A DNA stretch of 64,000 nt. Source: an uncultured virus (IMG/VR IMGVR_UViG_3300034283_002562) (lineage: Duplodnaviria; Heunggongvirae; Uroviricota; Caudoviricetes). A program made the position numbers and the translations under genes. Under the pieces are notes generated by a model. It searched no databases. It was given only the letters and a program-made list of their open reading frames with translations, and was not told where the DNA came from. Every line of letters starts with the position of its first letter. The stretch's first letter is position 1. This document shows positions 58,893 through 64,000 of the stretch, piece by piece. Location: the IMG/VR virus record IMGVR_UViG_3300034283_002562. One strand, written 5' to 3'.

Positions 58893-59198
58893 ATAATTCT
58901 ATTTAAACGGAGTTTTTTCACAGGCTAATGCATGATGATATGCTATTTTCATAGACTCATATTTTTCCGTTGCTTCGCTTAATTGTTGCTGTAATTTTAG
59001 CATATCTTGTTCTACATAATCAAGATTTCTTTTAACGATATCCGATGTTCTTTTACCTGCCATATATAGACCTTTTAGAAATAAAAGAATCACCCCAGTC
59101 GGTAGCATGAAATACCGCATATTTTTTAGATTTTTCACCATGTTTTTCATGGAATTTTTTAGTAGCTTCTTCGTTTACTATTGCGGTTCTTTTCATAC

Positions 59199-59573
59199 TT
59201 ACCTCGCAAATCCACGATTTCTCAGTAATTGTGATAATTCATATTCGAATGTACCAAAATCAGACCTTTCACGCCCATAAATTGTATCAGGAACAATAAT
59301 ACCAATACTAGTCAATGCATTGTCAATCGATGGTTCATTAAAAATCGCCCATGGATATTCGTTTGTTTCATTGTTTAACAAATTGACAATGTTTGCCATC
59401 TGTTCACTAGTACCACCATTCAATACAATTGCAGTTTTGTGGTTTTCAGCCCAATCTACCAATAGTTCGTTAGTTGTACCATATTTGTTGTTGATCTCTT
59501 GCAGTGCATGCAAAGATTGTATACCGTGTTGTATAGAACTCAGGTACATGTTTGTTAAAAAATAAGCTCTCAT
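59199..59573 (-). CDS. Pth2-like phage protein
   Basis: NMYLSSIQHGIQSLHA..W...HKTAIVL..F.EP....ALTSI pattern. Confidence 0.55.
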   Translation of the reverse strand: MRAYFLTNMYLSSIQHGIQSLHALQEINNKYGTTNELLVDWAENHKTAIVLNGGTSEQMANIVNLLNNETNEYPWAIFNEPSIDNALTSIGIIVPDTIYGRERSDFGTFEYELSQLLRNRGFAR

Positions 59574-59646
59574 AGTTTTCCTATATGTTACTGAGTATTT
59601 ATTATTTGAGGTTATCAATCATCTGGGTAGTTACCAAAACTAATTA

Positions 59647-59722
59647 GGGGTGACCGATAGGACTTGAACCCATAAAATTCTGAATCACAATCAGGGTCGT
59701 CTACCAATTCCGACACGGCCAC
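59647..59722 (-). tRNA. tRNA-His(GUG); no encoded CCA, flanked by an extended stem
   Basis: CUGA-UUGUGAU-UCAG, C73. Confidence 0.85.
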
Positions 59723-59740
59723 ACCTAATTAGTCTAATTT

Positions 59741-60226
59741 TATAATAAACCACACTACGGAAGGATTCGAACCTTCGGTTGCCGTCGCACTCAACACGCC
59801 AGTGTACCTCGATACGAATCGAACGTATCTTACCACCATTTATAGTGTAGTTTATTATATAATCATATAGTAAAGTGCATTAAACGAGGGAACACGAATG
59901 CTACACATCCTCCTGTCTCCGGCCCTCAAGCTTAACATCCTTCTGGCCAGTGATGTTAAGGTGACTGATTAATACACTTTAATATAAAATTATATAGAAA
60001 CACATGCTGAAGGACGAACGGCGTATTTCCATCGAAGAACTATATCTTTCTCATCGCCGTATAGCTTCCCGCACGATATAGTCTGAGTTGCGCTTCAGGA
60101 TGTGTTTTTATATAATCATATAATAAAGCATACTACACGGAATTGAACCGTCTTCATTCAAGCCCGGAGCTCAAACTGTGATCCACACAACGCTGATCAG
60201 ACGCTAATATGCTTTATTATATGATT
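59741..60226. ncRNA. tandem array of four ~115-130 nt RNAs closed by long AT-rich terminal stems
   Basis: Inverted repeats at 59741-59859, 59866-59986, 59989-60116 and 60114-60226; T-arm motifs in two of them. Confidence 0.7.
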
Positions 60227-60302
60227 TGGTAGGACCGCCGAGACTCGAACTCGAATTCCCGGATTAAAAGTCCGGTGTTCTAACCAATTGAACTACGATC
60301 CC
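60227..60302 (-). tRNA. tRNA-Lys(UUU)
   Basis: CCGGA-CUUUUAA-UCCGG, CCA. Confidence 0.92.
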
Positions 60303-60367
60303 AAATTTTCTTGCCTTCTTTTTCTGTTTTTGTCTTTCGTTTCATAATTATTTCCTATGTTGTTATA

Positions 60368-60434
60368 GCAGGATACGTTTTTACTAGTTGAATTAAAAGT
60401 TCAGTGTAAATTGTTTGCTGAATGTATCCTAAAA
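60368..60434 (-). ncRNA. CAGCA-stem module 17 with Lys(UUU) anticodon hairpin
   Basis: AGGAUAC/GUAUCCUGC; UGAA-CUUUUAA-UUCA; promoter at 60450-60477. Confidence 0.8.
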
Positions 60435-60463
60435 CTGTTTATGCTGTTAATTATACAGCATTT

Positions 60464-60790
60464 TTATACGTTGTCAATTATTTTATCTGGATATTGTGCA
60501 TCACGGCGTTCAATTTCAGCATATGGACTGTAGCCAGGCTGTAATTCCGTGATATTAGTAAATCCATTGGTTTCTGTAATCAAACTATCATTAGAATCGA
60601 TAGAACCACGATATTTACTACCATAACTACCTTCTAATTTACCAGTACTCGGATTAAGATCACCCCATTTAGTGTGATTACCACCGATAACTTCAATATA
60701 GTAGGTTTTACCAGTTCGGTATGAATAAACAACATGTCTACCGGTATCTTCAGTTTTTGTAAAAAATTTCTTTCGGGTTTCTTCGTCCAT
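60464..60790 (-). CDS. hypothetical phage protein
   Basis: Start MDEET after AGGA. Confidence 0.65.
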   Translation of the reverse strand: MDEETRKKFFTKTEDTGRHVVYSYRTGKTYYIEVIGGNHTKWGDLNPSTGKLEGSYGSKYRGSIDSNDSLITETNGFTNITELQPGYSPYAEIERRDAQYPDKIIDNV

Positions 60791-60885
60791 AATAGTTTCC
60801 TTTGTGTTTGGTGCTTTAGAAATGAATCGAACCTCTGTCTGCAGTAAGTATAAATACAATAATATATTTATTAAAGGTTCGATTT

Positions 60886-61596
60886 ATGCCAACTAAAATT
60901 TGCCCAAAATGTCAAAACACCCATATAAAACCTGGAATATTTTGTTCTCGATCCTGTGCCAATTCAAGAGGACCAAGATCAGACGATTTTAAACAAAAAG
61001 TGTCAGATAAACTTAAAGGTACTCATTATCAAACAGAAGATGCTATAAGAAAACGAATTACATCTAGAGGATATACAGTAAGATTTGACAAACCTAATCT
61101 AGTGTGTAAAGTATGCAACACTGATACCCTATCAAAATATAAGAAAACATGTTCTAAAGAATGTTATGACCTATTAAATAAATCAAAATCACAACAACAT
61201 CCAAATTGTGGCGGACAAAAACATACCCATCGTTCTAAAATAGTAAATATTAAAAATGAAGTATTTACTGCTGAAAGTTCTTACGAAGTAAGATTATCTA
61301 CTATTTTAAACGAATTAGATATTTATTGGGTAAGACCGTCATTTATGTGGTATGTTGATGACAAACTCCAAAAACGTCGATATTATCCTGATTTCTTTTT
61401 ACCACAGTTTAATGTGTATCTTGATCCGAAAAACGAATACCTCATTAAATCCGATATACAAAAAATTATAAAAGTCTCCGATCAAAATAAATTAAACATT
61501 GTAGTAATTGGTGATCGACACATCAATGCTGCATCAATTCATCATTTAATTTATAATATGTTTTCAGATACTACCGGAGTTCTCCTCTACTATTAA
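60886..61596 (+). CDS. putative PD-(D/E)xK (TnsA-like) homing endonuclease
   Basis: FCSRSCAN; ESSYE...RYYPDFFL..YLDPKN; TATAAATA upstream. Confidence 0.78.
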   Translation: MPTKICPKCQNTHIKPGIFCSRSCANSRGPRSDDFKQKVSDKLKGTHYQTEDAIRKRITSRGYTVRFDKPNLVCKVCNTDTLSKYKKTCSKECYDLLNKSKSQQHPNCGGQKHTHRSKIVNIKNEVFTAESSYEVRLSTILNELDIYWVRPSFMWYVDDKLQKRRYYPDFFLPQFNVYLDPKNEYLIKSDIQKIIKVSDQNKLNIVVIGDRHINAASIHHLIYNMFSDTTGVLLYY

Positions 61597-61610
61597 CTAA
61601 ATCTGTAAAC

Positions 61611-61687
61611 TGGTAGGACCATTCAGATTCGAACCGAAGACATCCTGCGTGTAAGGCAGGTGCTCTAACCAACTGAGCTATGGTCCT
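61611..61687 (-). tRNA. tRNA-Val(UAC)
   Basis: CCUGC-CUUACAC-GCAGG, CCA. Confidence 0.92.
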
Positions 61688-61920
61688 GTTTATAGTTACA
61701 GTTAGTAGGGCTTAAATTGCCTACCATTAGACGACTAAAGCTATAATTGTTGCTTTCTTATTCCCGGCTATCACAGAGGTTGCCACTTGTACTTCATGGT
61801 TCTCAACTTGCAGGTTCTGGCGGAACAGAATTCTCGTATTGCCAACGTGCTTTTGGTTCAAAGCATACCACCCGTGTGTATCACCACACTTCTTATCCTC
61901 TGGGTCAGAGTATCCGTTGA

Positions 61921-62199
61921 TTAGACGGTTCGTTCTTCAAGTACTTGTTGTTCCCATTTACTTTTTAAATAGATTTTTTTACCATGCAACCAATATTCTT
62001 CTTCTGTGAAATTAGTAATAACAGCAGGGCCGTGTTCATTATGATATTTCCCATCTTGGCAATAACAAGTTCTGCGGCCATCATATCTAATAATTGCTGG
62101 TCCATCTGTGTTATGCGATCTTCCATTTTTCATAAAAACTGTTGTTGTATCAGATACGCTAATAGTGAGTTCAGGATTGTCTGGGTTAATATATTCCAT
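61921..62199 (-). CDS. hypothetical protein with H..GPA.I repeats
   Basis: HNTDGPAII / HNEHGPAVI repeats. Confidence 0.65.
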   Translation of the reverse strand: MEYINPDNPELTISVSDTTTVFMKNGRSHNTDGPAIIRYDGRRTCYCQDGKYHNEHGPAVITNFTEEEYWLHGKKIYLKSKWEQQVLEERTV

Positions 62200-62224
62200 A
62201 ATTACCAAATTGTAAAGTTAAAAT

Positions 62225-62300
62225 TGGTGCTACCGACTGGGATCGAACCAGTATAGCTGGATTTTCAGTCCAGTGCATGAACCATCACTGCCACAGTAGC
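62225..62300 (-). tRNA. tRNA-Phe(GAA)
   Basis: CUGGA-CUGAAAA-UCCAG, CCA. Confidence 0.9.
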
Positions 62301-62307
62301 AAAATTA

Positions 62308-62366
62308 TCAGGATACGCTTTTTCATTTTTCAAGAATGTTTTTTAATTGCTGCATGTATCCTAAAA
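62308..62366 (-). ncRNA. CAGCA-stem module 18 with Ser(UGA) anticodon hairpin
   Basis: AGGAUAC/GUAUCCUGA; CAUU-CUUGAAA-AAUG. Confidence 0.8.
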
Positions 62367-62385
62367 CTGTGTAAATTATAACGTA

Positions 62386-62916
62386 TTATTTGAACATTTG
62401 CAAGATATTTTTCATAGCATCTGTATTACTATCCCATGTTTGTCCGCCAAATCGTCCGTATTCTATACGGTTATCAGCAGACCATTTATTATAATAATCG
62501 GACAATTCACCATTGCATTCCAATAGTGTATCACCGTAATTGATTATCATTACATTAGGATTCATGCAATCACGAATTGAATAAACCTTCTCAAACGCTT
62601 CTTTAATACCCATGCCATGTTGTATTAGTACTAGAATAGCAGTTGCTGTACTTCTACTAACACCAGCATGACAATGAATTAAAACTTTATCAGTATCAGT
62701 AAATGTTTTACTGAATTCTAAAATATTTTCAATATTTTGTAAAGTAGGATGTTGATATCCTTCTAATGGTACTTCAATATCATGAAATCTTTCTACGTGA
62801 TGTTCCACATCACAATCAAATACTTTGGTATTTGGATCAACAATGCTAATGACTTTAGTATGGGTTGGTGCCCATAAACTTGCTTCGTATAATCCTGATA
62901 TAGTTATATCTAACAT
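62386..62916 (-). CDS. protein tyrosine/dual-specificity phosphatase
   Basis: HCHAGVSRS (CX5R) motif. Confidence 0.88.
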   Translation of the reverse strand: MLDITISGLYEASLWAPTHTKVISIVDPNTKVFDCDVEHHVERFHDIEVPLEGYQHPTLQNIENILEFSKTFTDTDKVLIHCHAGVSRSTATAILVLIQHGMGIKEAFEKVYSIRDCMNPNVMIINYGDTLLECNGELSDYYNKWSADNRIEYGRFGGQTWDSNTDAMKNILQMFK

Positions 62917-62996
62917 TTTTTACCTCAAAAATTGGCGGGGCTATGGTTGCTGTTAAAATCCACAACTGGATTTCATCTTTTTTGCCCCATTATATT

Positions 62997-63072
62997 TGGC
63001 GACCCTACCCGGTGACGATCCGGGTTTACTATCGTGAAAGGATAGTGTTCTACCAACGTAAACTATAGGGTC
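62997..63072 (-). tRNA. tRNA-Glu(UUC), atypical T loop
   Basis: CUAUC-CUUUCAC-GAUAG, T loop AUCGUCA, CCA. Confidence 0.85.
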
Positions 63073-63899
63073 TTATTTTTCGTATATTGGTTTCTACCCG
63101 TAATATTCCCAGGTGTTACCCGTTTTCCATTACAAGTTCTTGAACAATATACATTAATTGTTTTTAATTTTTTATCACGTGTAAAATTTTTACCACAATG
63201 TGAACATGTGTACTCGTATAAAGGTTTATACCCATCGTATAGTGTATAATATTTTTCAGTATTATAAGTTTCTTTTACATATGTAAAAGCATATTTCAAA
63301 TCATTAAATCGTAAAACATGTACATTATATCCAAAACTTTCAGCAACCTGTGTTTTTAAATCCACTGATTTTTGATTTTCATAACCTTTTGTTTCTATTA
63401 TAGTTTTATTATCCGATAAAATAAAATCAGGGTAATATTTAATACCATTTCTTTCCAAATAACCGTCAAATCTAGAAAATTTAATATTATGATCTAAATT
63501 GTATATTACCCAGCATAATTCATATGTTGATCCACAATAAATGCCATTATAATATCCTGATTTTGATCTACCAGAACCATTTCTATATCCACCTATGTGT
63601 TTGGAACTACATTCTTTTGAACAATATTTTTTATTACTCGTTTTTATTATTCTAAAATCTGTTCCACACTCTACACATTGTCTAATCTCACGAATAGCAA
63701 ATTCTTTGCCTTTTGTAGAGGCAGGTTTAATACCTAGCTTCTTAAATGTAAGAGATGTTTTTATCTTTTGTTCTTCACTTGGTTTCCATCCAGAGTCTTT
63801 CCGTTTTCTGTTATTATATTTCGCTGAACACGATCTATTACAAAACTTTTTTGCATCTTTACTGATTAAAGTGTTTCCACATTCTAAACAATTATTCAT
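63063..63899 (-). CDS. putative PD-(D/E)xK homing endonuclease with Zn-finger repeats
   Basis: FCNRSCSA, STYEL, YYPDF...IETKGY. Confidence 0.78.
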   Translation of the reverse strand: MNNCLECGNTLISKDAKKFCNRSCSAKYNNRKRKDSGWKPSEEQKIKTSLTFKKLGIKPASTKGKEFAIREIRQCVECGTDFRIIKTSNKKYCSKECSSKHIGGYRNGSGRSKSGYYNGIYCGSTYELCWVIYNLDHNIKFSRFDGYLERNGIKYYPDFILSDNKTIIETKGYENQKSVDLKTQVAESFGYNVHVLRFNDLKYAFTYVKETYNTEKYYTLYDGYKPLYEYTCSHCGKNFTRDKKLKTINVYCSRTCNGKRVTPGNITGRNQYTKNKTL

Positions 63900-63956
63900 C
63901 TGTAATCTCCATATAGAGTATTTATATGGAATTGAACTTTATTGCATTTTTTGATT

Positions 63957-63993
63957 ATAGTGTTCTAACCATTAAACTACCAGGATATAAACT
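63957..63993 (-). pseudogene. orphan 5' half of a tRNA-Glu-like gene
   Basis: AUCCUGGUAGUUUAAUGGUUAGAACACUAU shares UAGAACACUAU with tRNA-Glu. Confidence 0.6.
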
Positions 63994-64000
63994 TTTATAT

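Noticed and set aside
60809..60850. tmRNA 3' end
   Set aside because: No G3:U70 alanine acceptor and no tag reading frame or matching 5' GGGG end.

Overview
AT-rich segment of a large (jumbo-type) T4-like bacteriophage genome, almost entirely coded on the minus strand, standard genetic code. Bases 1-45 kb hold hypothetical and structural genes, a chaperone/protease set (ClpA, ClpP, DnaJ, GroES), a lysis cassette (GH19 endolysin, spanins, holin-like), PhoH, a clamp loader, UvsE, DNA ligase, IF-1, sugar-modification genes and RNA-repair-type genes (Rnl1-like ligase, phosphoesterases, kinase, Pth2, YqeY). Bases 45-64 kb are an RNA-gene island with about 19 tRNAs and many free-standing homing endonucleases. 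The main signal is a DUF2828/vWA (Ro60/TROVE-like) gene at 44197-45609, flanked upstream by 18 dispersed copies of a covarying RNA module (5'-UAGG-N5-N2/3-CAGCA ... N5'-CCUG-3'). Each copy closes a different payload: a circularly permuted tRNA mimic (YrlA-like T arm/acceptor/D arm) or an isolated anticodon stem-loop (Lys, Ile, Ser, Cys, Pro, amber). One minimal copy sits in the 5' leader of the Ro-like gene, and one copy is split by an HNH gene. A second ncRNA family with long AT-rich terminal stems, several endonuclease insertion scars and a conserved endonuclease leader RNA are also visible. All family calls come from motif recognition by eye; no database searches were run.
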